Below the pieces are notes generated by a model. It saw only the letters and a list, made by a program, of their open reading frames with translations, did no database searches and was not told the origin of the DNA. A stretch of 64,000 nucleotides of DNA from an uncultured Gammaproteobacteria bacterium (GTDB lineage: Bacteria > Pseudomonadota > Gammaproteobacteria > CAMYKB01), in the NCBI GenBank assembly GCA_947258875.1, contig CAMYKB010000001.1, positions 52,081-116,080 on the forward strand, in the 5' to 3' direction. The translations under genes and the position numbers were made by a program. Shown piece by piece: positions 40,481 to 49,702 of this stretch (positions are counted from its first letter, which is position 1; each line of letters opens with the position of its first letter).

Positions 40481-41278
40481 GTGATGAGGGTGTTTTCTTT
40501 TAGAAATATTCGTATTTTAGTACTGTTGATGCTGCTGGGTTATGCTTCGCTCTATACCTATGACCAACGCCTTTCAACCCAGGGCTGGTACAAACCACTG
40601 GCAGTCGTTGTCTACCCCATCAATGTCGCACAAAGCCAGACTGTCGATAACTATATCCGGAATCTACCAACCGAACACTTCACCGCTATCGACGATTTCA
40701 TCAGGCGCGAAGGCAAAAAATACGACATTATCGCAGCAAATCCCACTGTGACACGCCGGGGCACAGAAGTTAAATCATTACCCCCAGCGGCGCCGCAAGA
40801 GGCTGGCATATTGAAGGCCATGCTCTGGAGTCTCAAACTTCGCTGGTGGGCCTATCGCAACACACCTGATGAGGAATCCAACAAACGGCGTATACGAATA
40901 TTTGTTCTGTATCACGACGACAACGGCAATCAGCCACTGGATCATTCGCTCGGGTTGCAAAAAGGCCTGCTCGGCATTGTACATGCCTACGCCCTCAGCA
41001 ATCAGGAACAGCAGAACAATATCGTGATCGCACATGAGCTACTGCATACCGTCGGTGCTACAGACAAGTATGGGTCGATGGGCCAACCTGTACACCCGCA
41101 CGGCTATGCCATGCCACTGCAACAGCCGCTGCACCCACAACGGCGTGCCGAAATCATGGCGGGCCGTATTGCGACCACCGCCACCACGGCACGCATGCCC
41201 AACAGCCTGCGCAGCGTTGTCGTAGGAGACAAGACCGCCCGTGAGATCGGCTGGATAACAGTAGACGACAATCCCTAA
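40481..41278 (+). CDS. Membrane-anchored zincin metallopeptidase-like protein
   Basis: N-terminal TM segment, AHELLHTVGATDKY and Met-turn-like EIMAG. Confidence 0.75.
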   Translation: MMRVFSFRNIRILVLLMLLGYASLYTYDQRLSTQGWYKPLAVVVYPINVAQSQTVDNYIRNLPTEHFTAIDDFIRREGKKYDIIAANPTVTRRGTEVKSLPPAAPQEAGILKAMLWSLKLRWWAYRNTPDEESNKRRIRIFVLYHDDNGNQPLDHSLGLQKGLLGIVHAYALSNQEQQNNIVIAHELLHTVGATDKYGSMGQPVHPHGYAMPLQQPLHPQRRAEIMAGRIATTATTARMPNSLRSVVVGDKTAREIGWITVDDNP

Positions 41279-41314
41279 CACGGCTTTGCAAGCCCTTGGT
41301 TCGTCGTTACACGG

Positions 41315-41477
41315 CGACAGGCCTGTCTCATTACAGATCAGCGCCTTGCGTCATATCACATTGTTTCTGACGTCGTTTGACGACAGGCGATGCCCATTAC
41401 AGCACGCGCTGCATAGCAAGCGTATGGCTTGAAACCCGAGTATTTTCTACCTTTCTCCGAGTTGGCACGGAGCTTGT
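41315..41477 (+). promoter_or_regulatory. sigma54 promoter with tandem upstream direct repeats
   Basis: TGGCACGGAGCTTGT at 41463. CGACAGGC-N6-CATTACAG at 41315 and 41381. Confidence 0.6.
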
Positions 41478-41554
41478 AAGCCGTATTACGAGTTCCCATT
41501 GCCGGCTGACAATCCAGCTTGCGTAAAGCACACAAAAACTAAAGGAGATTAACG

Positions 41555-41812
41555 ATGCGTAACAACATTCTTTTATTGATTCTGGGTATAACACTACTTC
41601 AGCCTGCTTTCGCCGCAACCCGTGATTTCGCAAGCATTGATTCCGATAGCAACGGTTACATCAGTGCTAGTGAAGCGAACTCGATGCCTGGACTGTCCGG
41701 ACTTTTCCTGGCCATCGATACCGACCGTGATGGCAAAATCAGTCCCGCTGAATACGACATCGCTATCCGTGGCGGAGCAACCAGCAAAGGCTGGTCTGAC
41801 ACTGATGGTTAA
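41555..41812 (+). CDS. Small secreted EF-hand protein
   Basis: Signal peptide and two loops, DSDSNGYISASE and DTDRDGKISPAE. AAGGAG RBS. Confidence 0.85.
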   Translation: MRNNILLLILGITLLQPAFAATRDFASIDSDSNGYISASEANSMPGLSGLFLAIDTDRDGKISPAEYDIAIRGGATSKGWSDTDG

Positions 41813-41845
41813 CGAAGCATTCAAACATCCTTGCTGCAGTAGCAC

Positions 41846-42127
41846 ATGACGAGGAGCTCTTATATGGACAGGATCAAGATTATGTCAGTCACACTCCTCC
41901 TGGCGATGCTGGTGACTGCATGCGAGAACAAAACGGACACGCAACTTGAAACAAGTAACGAAGCGCAACAACAGCCAGCCGACACGTCCAGGGCAATATC
42001 CCCGACAGGTACTATAATACCTGGAGGCAGCTACACATCACCCACTGATGGGCAAGACAAGAAGCCTTACAACAGCAGCAGGTCTTCAGAAAACGAAGCG
42101 GCCGATGAGGCTACACCTAAAGACTGA
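41846..42127 (+). CDS. Small disordered lipoprotein
   Basis: Lipobox LVTAC followed by a polar low-complexity tail. Confidence 0.7.
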   Translation: MTRSSYMDRIKIMSVTLLLAMLVTACENKTDTQLETSNEAQQQPADTSRAISPTGTIIPGGSYTSPTDGQDKKPYNSSRSSENEAADEATPKD

Positions 42128-42248
42128 AGCTTGAAGACAGTTTCTTTTACAAATGGACCCCTCACCCCCCTATACCTCCTCCGTAGGGGGGGCATGCCAG
42201 GGAAGGCTTTTTTATTTTTGAACCATGTACTCGCAAATTAATTAAGGA

Positions 42249-43253
42249 ATGATGATGGCAGGTAATACTGATCATGTACGTGCTGTTCTACGGAAACACA
42301 CGAAAGAAATCCATACAAAGCACCGTGTTGTGGCCACAGGCATTGGCTACAAAATCAAGGGCGGACGCAAGACCGACAGCATCTCAATCATCTGTTCTGT
42401 TGTACACAAACGGCCAGCAGCGGAACTGACTAAGAGCGAGCTATTACCCGTAAGCATCGATAATGTGCCGCTGGATGTAATCCAGACGGGGCGCATTCGT
42501 GCTTTCCAATCACGTACAGAGCGTTTACGACCCGCTCCGGGCGGCGCCAGTATCGGGCATTTTGAGATCACCGCTGGCACGCTAGGTTGTATCGTCAAAC
42601 GCAACGGACAAAGAATGATACTGTCAAATAATCATGTACTCGCCAACAGTAATGACGCCAACATCGGAGATCCTATCCTACAACCTGGACCGGTTGATGG
42701 CGGCCGCCTCGCCGATGATCAGATCGCCACACTGCATGATTTTGTACCCATCCAGTTTCCAGACGAGTCCAGCGATTGTGGTATTGCGAACGGCGCCGCC
42801 AAATTCGCAAACGCCCTTGCTGAAATGTCGGGTAGTACTACACGTCTACTGGCGGTCAAATCCCAGGCAGCAGAAAATCTCGTTGATGCCGCAATTGCCA
42901 AACCACTCCAGGACCAGGACATCACTGACGATATCCTGGATATCGGCACCATTACAGGCACAGCCCGCGGTGAACTGGGCCTCAATATCAAAAAAAGCGG
43001 CCGTACTACGGCTTTCACGACAGGCGTGATCGAACAGATAGATGTCACGGTTAATGTACAATATGGTCCTGGACGCACTGCGCTGTTCACAGATCAGTTA
43101 CTGGCCGGCCCCATGAGTCAGGGGGGTGACAGCGGTTCAGCCATACTCGACGAACAAAACCGTGTGATCGGCTTATTATTCGCGGGTAGCGAGAACAGTA
43201 CTATTATCAACCACATCGAACATGTGTTTTCAGCTTTAAGGGTCAGTCTGTGA
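42249..43253 (+). CDS. Trypsin-like (Nal1-like) serine protease with N-terminal pro-like domain
   Basis: GTLG, SNNHVL (His), VDAAIA (Asp), GGDSGS (Ser) and IGLLFAG. No signal peptide. Confidence 0.85.
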   Translation: MMMAGNTDHVRAVLRKHTKEIHTKHRVVATGIGYKIKGGRKTDSISIICSVVHKRPAAELTKSELLPVSIDNVPLDVIQTGRIRAFQSRTERLRPAPGGASIGHFEITAGTLGCIVKRNGQRMILSNNHVLANSNDANIGDPILQPGPVDGGRLADDQIATLHDFVPIQFPDESSDCGIANGAAKFANALAEMSGSTTRLLAVKSQAAENLVDAAIAKPLQDQDITDDILDIGTITGTARGELGLNIKKSGRTTAFTTGVIEQIDVTVNVQYGPGRTALFTDQLLAGPMSQGGDSGSAILDEQNRVIGLLFAGSENSTIINHIEHVFSALRVSL

Positions 43254-43537
43254 TACGCCCGTATCTTGCTTACATACTACTGCTGACATGCGCACTACCG
43301 ATTCACGGAGCATCAAACGTGAGTGAAACCATCGAAGAGGTGAAGGCGCGGCATACCGCTGCAATCATGAATACACCGGGGGTGATTTCTATGGGCATCG
43401 GTAAAGACAGTTGCGGCAATCCAGTCATCGCAATCGGCGTGGAAAAAGACAGCGCTGAGATCAGGGACGCGATCCCTCAAAAACTGGACGGCTATCCAGT
43501 AGAGATCAAGGTAATGGGCTCGATACGGACCCAGTAA
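43250..43537 (+). CDS. Secreted small protein homologous to the adjacent protease's N-terminal domain
   Basis: GTGA overlap with the protease stop, signal peptide, RHT..I....V...GIG and IP..LDGYPV....G.IR. Confidence 0.8.
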   Translation: MIRPYLAYILLLTCALPIHGASNVSETIEEVKARHTAAIMNTPGVISMGIGKDSCGNPVIAIGVEKDSAEIRDAIPQKLDGYPVEIKVMGSIRTQ

Positions 43538-43615
43538 TAATTATTGTTACATACAATACGTCATCAACTCATAGCCAGAGAATCTACCAGTCGACTCTGG
43601 TTATCATCTCCACCA

Positions 43616-44098
43616 CTATAAGCCGGGGACAGATGGCTTAATGACCATCAATACCAGTGCAAATATTGGAGCCATCAACGCTGCAAGTCCCCAAAACTCC
43701 CAGCTGCGAGACAACGCTTTGTATTCATCCCACTGTGATTGGGATTTAAGCTCACCTCCACGCATCAATTCTGCCAACTGTCTTTGTAGTGGCGCGATTC
43801 GCGCGCTAAAAATTACCCCTGATATCGAAAACAGCACCAGCGACCAGAAAATCCATCCCGTGCGCAAGATAGGGATATGTCCATCAATAGCCGCAGCAAA
43901 GCCACCAACAATGATGCCTATAACACCCGGGATCGTGAACCAGCGGTCACTGCGAATAATTCCATCAAATGTCGCAGCAATTATTTCTGAATTACCGCTG
44001 CGATCCGCATGGGCTTTCCAAAACAATCCAGTGGTGATATTACCCAGAAACATCACAACTGAAATGACATGAATAAGCTTCCAGACCGTGTAATCCAT
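43616..44098 (-). CDS. DUF2269-like membrane protein
   Basis: KLIHVISVVMFLG, DRWFTIPG and C-terminal LMVIKP. Confidence 0.85.
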   Translation of the reverse strand: MDYTVWKLIHVISVVMFLGNITTGLFWKAHADRSGNSEIIAATFDGIIRSDRWFTIPGVIGIIVGGFAAAIDGHIPILRTGWIFWSLVLFSISGVIFSARIAPLQRQLAELMRGGELKSQSQWDEYKALSRSWEFWGLAALMAPIFALVLMVIKPSVPGL

Positions 44099-44190
44099 TC
44101 CCGCCCTCCCTCAATAAAATAAATGTCGGCTACAAAGTCAGAATACGCAAAAACAAGAACCAAGTAAAACGACGCTAATCTATTCTTTAC

Positions 44191-44216
44191 TGGATTACCG
44201 CCTACGCGGAAATGAC
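44191..44216 (-). repeat. REP-like palindrome (GTCATTCCCGCGnAGGCGGGAATCCA type)
   Basis: Minus strand GTCATTTCCGCGTAGGCGGTAATCCA. Related copy at 51322. Confidence 0.7.
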
Positions 44217-44320
44217 GTGTTTGTAGGACAATAGCGGCTTAGATCCTGATTAATATATAGGATTGAAACGAGACTGCATCATTATTTGCTGGAACAGCAG
44301 CGCAGCTTAGCTCTTTATAT

Positions 44321-44920
44321 TCAGTCAACATCAACATAACCCGGTTGTTGCCGAACACGCGCAATCCACGCGTTGATCGCAGCATAGCGCTGCAGCTCAA
44401 AACCACCGTCTGCTGCCATATGGGTATAAGCGTATAAGGCGATATCTGCGATGGAATACATATCGCCGGCAAAATAATCCTCTCCTTGCAGGTGACTTTC
44501 CATCAACTCTAACGCCTTGTAGCCCCGCTCGTGTAGTCCAGGCAGTTCCATCCGCCGCTCGTGATCTGGCGCTAAGTATTTGCAAATAAAGCGCGCCACC
44601 GCAACATACGGTTCATGGCTGTATTGCTCGAAGAACATCCAGCGCAGGGCGTGGCCACGCGCGAGCCTGTGAGCAGGCCACAACGCCGACTCTTCTGCCA
44701 GGTAATAAAGAATCGCATTGGACTCTGAAAGATATTGATTCTTTGCGAGCTCAATAACGGGCACCTGCCCCGCCGGATTCATAGCGAGAAATTCCGGGGT
44801 CTGGGTTTCACCTTTGGTGACATCGACTTCCCGCCACTGATAATCGACGCCCAACTGTTCCAGCACCAGCCTGACTTTATAACAGTTCCCGGATGTCGAC
44901 ATTCCATAGACGTTATACAT
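44321..44920 (-). CDS. Glutathione S-transferase family protein
   Basis: SGNCYKVRL, NPAGQVP, ESNAIL and SIADIALYAY motifs. Confidence 0.93.
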   Translation of the reverse strand: MYNVYGMSTSGNCYKVRLVLEQLGVDYQWREVDVTKGETQTPEFLAMNPAGQVPVIELAKNQYLSESNAILYYLAEESALWPAHRLARGHALRWMFFEQYSHEPYVAVARFICKYLAPDHERRMELPGLHERGYKALELMESHLQGEDYFAGDMYSIADIALYAYTHMAADGGFELQRYAAINAWIARVRQQPGYVDVD

Positions 44921-44941
44921 TTTTATATCCTCTAGCAGACA

Positions 44942-45940
44942 CTACTGCCAATTCAGCGGCGGTTCATCCATCAATGCCAATTGCTCACGTAGAGACAGAA
45001 TATGCTCATCCCAATACCGCGGGGCATTAAACCAGGGAAACGCCTGCGGGAATGCGGGGTCATCCCAGCGCCGCGCCAGCCAGGCCGCGTAATGCATGAT
45101 ACGCAATGTGCGCAGCGGCTCAATCAAGTGCAACTCTCTTGGATTAAACTCCCGGAACTGTGTGTAGCCCTCCAGAATATCGGCCAGGCGCATGGTCATG
45201 TTCTGGCGGTCTCCGGACAGAAACATCCATAAATCCTGCACAGCAGGCCCCATACGTGCATCATCAAAATCAACGATATGCGGACCCGCATCAGTCCAGA
45301 GGATATTTCCGGGATGACAATCACCATGCAGGCGCAGTTTAAGCACTTGACCCGCATGCTGATAGCCTTGCTCAATCCGTTTAATCAGGTCTTCCGCCAG
45401 ACTGCGGTACGGCAACTCCATCTCTTTAGGAATGAAACCCTGCTCCAGCAGGTACTGATACGACTGCACACCGAATGATTCGATATCCAATGTTGGCCGA
45501 TGAAGAAACGGTTTAGCCTCACCCAACAAATGGATGCGTGCAATAAAACGGCCAAGCTGTTCGAGCACATCCGGGTCATCCAGTTCTGGCGAACGCCCAC
45601 CACGACGCGGATAGAGCGTAAACCGGTAGGGACCATGACGATGCAGGGTCTCAGCGTTGTTGCCCACCAGCGGCGGCACCACCGGAATTTCCTGACCGGC
45701 CAATGCCAAGGTGAAAAGATGCTCTTCCAGAATTGTTTCATCCGACCAACGGCCGGGACGATAAAATTTTACGATTAGCGGTTGCGCGCCTTCGATACCT
45801 ACCTGGTATACACGATTTTCATAACTATTGAGCGCCAGGAAACGGCCATCCGTTTGGTAACCAGCAGACTCCACCGCGTCGAGAATGCTGTCGGGATCAA
45901 GGTTGCGGTAAGCGACGCTTGCATCAGGATCATTACTCAT
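44942..45940 (-). CDS. srkA: Stress response kinase SrkA (RdoA/YihE)
   Basis: LNSYENRVY, KFYRPGRW, HGDCHPGN and DFDD motifs. Confidence 0.95.
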   Translation of the reverse strand: MSNDPDASVAYRNLDPDSILDAVESAGYQTDGRFLALNSYENRVYQVGIEGAQPLIVKFYRPGRWSDETILEEHLFTLALAGQEIPVVPPLVGNNAETLHRHGPYRFTLYPRRGGRSPELDDPDVLEQLGRFIARIHLLGEAKPFLHRPTLDIESFGVQSYQYLLEQGFIPKEMELPYRSLAEDLIKRIEQGYQHAGQVLKLRLHGDCHPGNILWTDAGPHIVDFDDARMGPAVQDLWMFLSGDRQNMTMRLADILEGYTQFREFNPRELHLIEPLRTLRIMHYAAWLARRWDDPAFPQAFPWFNAPRYWDEHILSLREQLALMDEPPLNWQ

Positions 45941-45942
45941 TA

Positions 45943-46797
45943 TTATTTTTTGCGACTGCGCGCAACATTCCGCCGGTAAAGGATAAAACTGCGGTCGTCG
46001 GCATGCGCCGGCACATGTTCACCATCACCCAGCATACGCTGACCGCATTCATCAGCGAGCGCATTCGCAGCATACAATAAAGGGCCTTTACGTATACTCT
46101 CCACGATCTCATCCGTGTATAGATTATCCGGAATGCCATCACTGGAGATACATAATGTATCTCGTGGTGCCAACGCCAATGCCGCGCCCACTTCGATACG
46201 CATGTCGGGTAGACCCACCACATTAGAAACCAGGTGCCGCTGGTGATGCACGACGGCATCATCCTCATCGAGCAAACCGGCTTCAACAGCATAACCCACC
46301 GGTGAATGCGCTACAGTCTGCAGTTTGAGATGCCCCCGTTGCCCCGTCACGAGTATGACCACGTCACCTACATGGTAGGGCCGTATAACAGAACCGCTGA
46401 TTTCTACAACCGCCAGGGTCGTGGCCGAGCCATTGGTGGTTTCCAGCAAGCGGCGGTTGGCGCGTTCTATGCCATTGAGAATCGCATTGCGTATCGGCCT
46501 GTCTTCTTGGGCGGCCGCCTCTACCGCCGCTATCACTTCATTAATAGCGATGCCCGAGGCCTCATGCCCGGTAGGCATGCCACCAACTCCGTCAGCTACA
46601 ACGAGCACGGCGGTGTCACTCCCTAGTGGGATCATCGCAACACTGTCCTCATTTGCCGTGTCTTTATCAGGCGAACGTGTCGTGAATGCCGTGGCACAAC
46701 CTTCAGCTATCTGGAAACCCTCAGCCTGTTCCATATCGGCCTGTAACCAGGCTTTAGCCTGCTGTAAACGCTTCGTTATTTTTTTTGTTTTAATCAT
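45943..46797 (-). CDS. PP2C/PPM Ser/Thr phosphatase
   Basis: NEDS, VADGVGG, HVGD, SDGI and DDRS motifs. Confidence 0.9.
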   Translation of the reverse strand: MIKTKKITKRLQQAKAWLQADMEQAEGFQIAEGCATAFTTRSPDKDTANEDSVAMIPLGSDTAVLVVADGVGGMPTGHEASGIAINEVIAAVEAAAQEDRPIRNAILNGIERANRRLLETTNGSATTLAVVEISGSVIRPYHVGDVVILVTGQRGHLKLQTVAHSPVGYAVEAGLLDEDDAVVHHQRHLVSNVVGLPDMRIEVGAALALAPRDTLCISSDGIPDNLYTDEIVESIRKGPLLYAANALADECGQRMLGDGEHVPAHADDRSFILYRRNVARSRKK

Positions 46798-46805
46798 AAG
46801 CGGTA

Positions 46806-47555
46806 CTAACCCCACTCCATGGTTTCAAGAAACGCACGCAGCTTCCCCGCGGTCTTGAATTTTTTCAGGATCAGGCTGGGTTTCAAACCACAGCATATTG
46901 CCTTGACTTCGTGCGGTTGTTTTGCGTAATGGGCGCGGCCGCCCAGTGACTCATGAAAGATACGCACCAGATCGAGCACATCGTCCTGCACATTCCTGGC
47001 ACTGGGCGCACCCCAGTGAAACATATCCAGTAGTTTTAATTCAAAGCCCAACCCCACCCGTTGCACGATCACATTATCGCTGTGCAGGTCACCGTGATAA
47101 TCGCCTTGCGCATGAATACATTCGATACCTTTAGCCAGTGCATGTAACAGGTGCATTGCCATAAATGGCTGCAAACGCTTGCCGGGTTGGCGTTTGATAA
47201 AATCACTCAATAGATCACCCGCAACGAATTCCGAAATCAGCGCACTGACTTCGATACCGTCGAACAACATGATTTCGCGAGTGTGGTACTGGATCACGAT
47301 CGGACACAGTCTCAGCTTATGCAACTTTTTTGCGTATATTTTAGAAGCCTTATCACGCTCATTGCGGTGCGGATAAAACAGCTTGGCCGTGCGCTCGATA
47401 CCCGTAGTCTGCTCGCTGATGAGGTACACTTCGCCTTCCCAGCCTCCCCCCAGGGTATCGATTACCTCATACTTACCGGCGATGATAGTGCCCGGCTTTA
47501 GATTGAAGGATTCGATCGTAGTACGACGATGCTTTTTCAGCTTGGTGACGCGCAT
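46806..47555 (-). CDS. Minimal Hanks-type Ser/Thr protein kinase
   Basis: LGGGWEGEVY, TAKLF, HGDLHSDN and LLDMF. Short C-lobe. Confidence 0.85.
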   Translation of the reverse strand: MRVTKLKKHRRTTIESFNLKPGTIIAGKYEVIDTLGGGWEGEVYLISEQTTGIERTAKLFYPHRNERDKASKIYAKKLHKLRLCPIVIQYHTREIMLFDGIEVSALISEFVAGDLLSDFIKRQPGKRLQPFMAMHLLHALAKGIECIHAQGDYHGDLHSDNVIVQRVGLGFELKLLDMFHWGAPSARNVQDDVLDLVRIFHESLGGRAHYAKQPHEVKAICCGLKPSLILKKFKTAGKLRAFLETMEWG

Positions 47556-47579
47556 GACTTATAATTGTTATCGCTGGCC

Positions 47580-47900
47580 CTAGTCTACTATAACCGTACC
47601 TGTTGGCAGGTCCAGGTGTATATGCTCGACCCTGCGCCCCAGCATGCTTATACGGCCCTGGTAACGATCTTGCCCGTTAATACTGAAATCATAGCGGTAG
47701 TGCCGCCGCAACTGCATGCGCCCCGTTGCCATGCGTGCAATGGTGATGCGCGCCAGACGCACCGTCTGGTCCAGCAATTGCACATCCACCTCCTTGCAGG
47801 CCCGCTGGCAACGCGCAATAGCCAGTTCACGCGCACTCACGCTGTCTGACCAGAACCAGACTAGTGCCGCGATCACGATTAAATACAGGATGGAACTCAT
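47580..47900 (-). CDS. DUF3301-like protein
   Basis: TM ending FW, RELA...C...VQLLDQTV and YDFSING.DRY.G. Confidence 0.85.
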   Translation of the reverse strand: MSSILYLIVIAALVWFWSDSVSARELAIARCQRACKEVDVQLLDQTVRLARITIARMATGRMQLRRHYRYDFSINGQDRYQGRISMLGRRVEHIHLDLPTGTVIVD

Positions 47901-47993
47901 AGTGGCAGGCAGTGTAGCGCCCTGCGAGTGCTGCGGGTAGTAAGCTGGCAGGATTTGTTGCAGGATGAACAGGTGGTATGGCAAAAACAAGAC

Positions 47994-48182
47994 AAAAAAA
48001 TGCGGGCCATCCATGACCCGCGCAGAATTGAGTATGTGAGCGTCATTCCATTACTTAAGACAGACTCCGGAAACTAGCGCCAACCCACTCCCGGAGAACT
48101 CACACATTTTTACCTTAACCCAGTGCTTCCCTGCACCGTCCGAAGCCCCAAACTTCGAATCAGGAGTTTCCCATGATCTCGG
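47994..48182 (-). ncRNA. Candidate sigma54-dependent GGA-rich small RNA (may encode an 18-aa peptide)
   Basis: Bounded by a consensus sigma54 promoter and the terminator GCGGGTC-ATGGAT-GGCCCGC-A-T7. Contains seven GGA motifs. Confidence 0.6.
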
Positions 48183-48192
48183 GTTTCTAAAG

Positions 48193-48250
48193 TGCAATCA
48201 CTGTGCCAACACCTGGTGGGACACCGCTAAACAGCTATAACTAATTGATT
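48193..48250 (-). promoter_or_regulatory. sigma54 promoter plus IHF site
   Basis: Minus strand TGGCACAGTGATTGCA (48193-48208) and AATCAATTAGTTA (48238-48250), both matching consensus. Confidence 0.8.
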
Positions 48251-48366
48251 AATAGACAATTAACTCATACGACGCGCCTAACACACAATATCGCTGAGCT
48301 AACTGACAATCGAATTTTTTGCACTTTTTGACAATTATGGTCACCGCAGGCCTCTTGCTTAGCCAC

Positions 48367-48400
48367 AAAAAAACCCCTGGCCAACCAAGTCAGGGGTTTT
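48367..48400 (-). terminator. adk terminator
   Basis: AAAACCCCTG...CAGGGGTTTT hairpin with a T-tract on the minus strand. Confidence 0.8.
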
Positions 48401-48432
48401 CAAAAACAGCAGCGTGGAGTGGCGCAGCTAAA

Positions 48433-49140
<708 letters not shown>

Positions 49141-49289
49141 CTACACGCCCAATGCTGCCTGTTAATCGCTTGATACACATCATTTATAAGGGAGGTCATG
49201 TTACCCTCCATAAGCACACATGAAATCACCGGCAAATTAAGGTATTCTGCGCATCCCTGGCAACACGGCGAGCAACCCGCTTACCCAAA

Positions 49290-49649
49290 ATGACATCGAT
49301 TCCCGACCTCACCGAGAGCGAACAACACATCGTTCAGACCACTGCTGATGAACGCTGGGGCAAAGGCGTTGCCGGGCTGCAGCTAGCCGATGTCGAAATA
49401 CAACTCAACCATGATAGCGAAGCACTGACCGCCTGTCCGGCCCTGTTCTGGGTGGTCAATGACTGCAGCTTCGTCATTATCAAAACCGGGGAGCAAGGCT
49501 TCCGCTGCAACTTCTTTTATAAGAACGATCTGGAACAAATGAGTACCGGCGTTGAGAAATACGACAACATCGGTGACTGCGTAATCGAACTGCTACGTGT
49601 ACAAGCCGATTACGACAGCCTGCGCAGCGGCGCCTTCCCTGGCAAATAA
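49290..49649 (+). CDS. Hypothetical protein
   Basis: 119-aa ORF with CPALFW and LLRVQAD. Confidence 0.75.
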   Translation: MTSIPDLTESEQHIVQTTADERWGKGVAGLQLADVEIQLNHDSEALTACPALFWVVNDCSFVIIKTGEQGFRCNFFYKNDLEQMSTGVEKYDNIGDCVIELLRVQADYDSLRSGAFPGK

Positions 49650-49702
49650 TTTCATATTCTCACCTTTTTATATTCAACAACTACGATTGACAGGTATATC
49701 CC

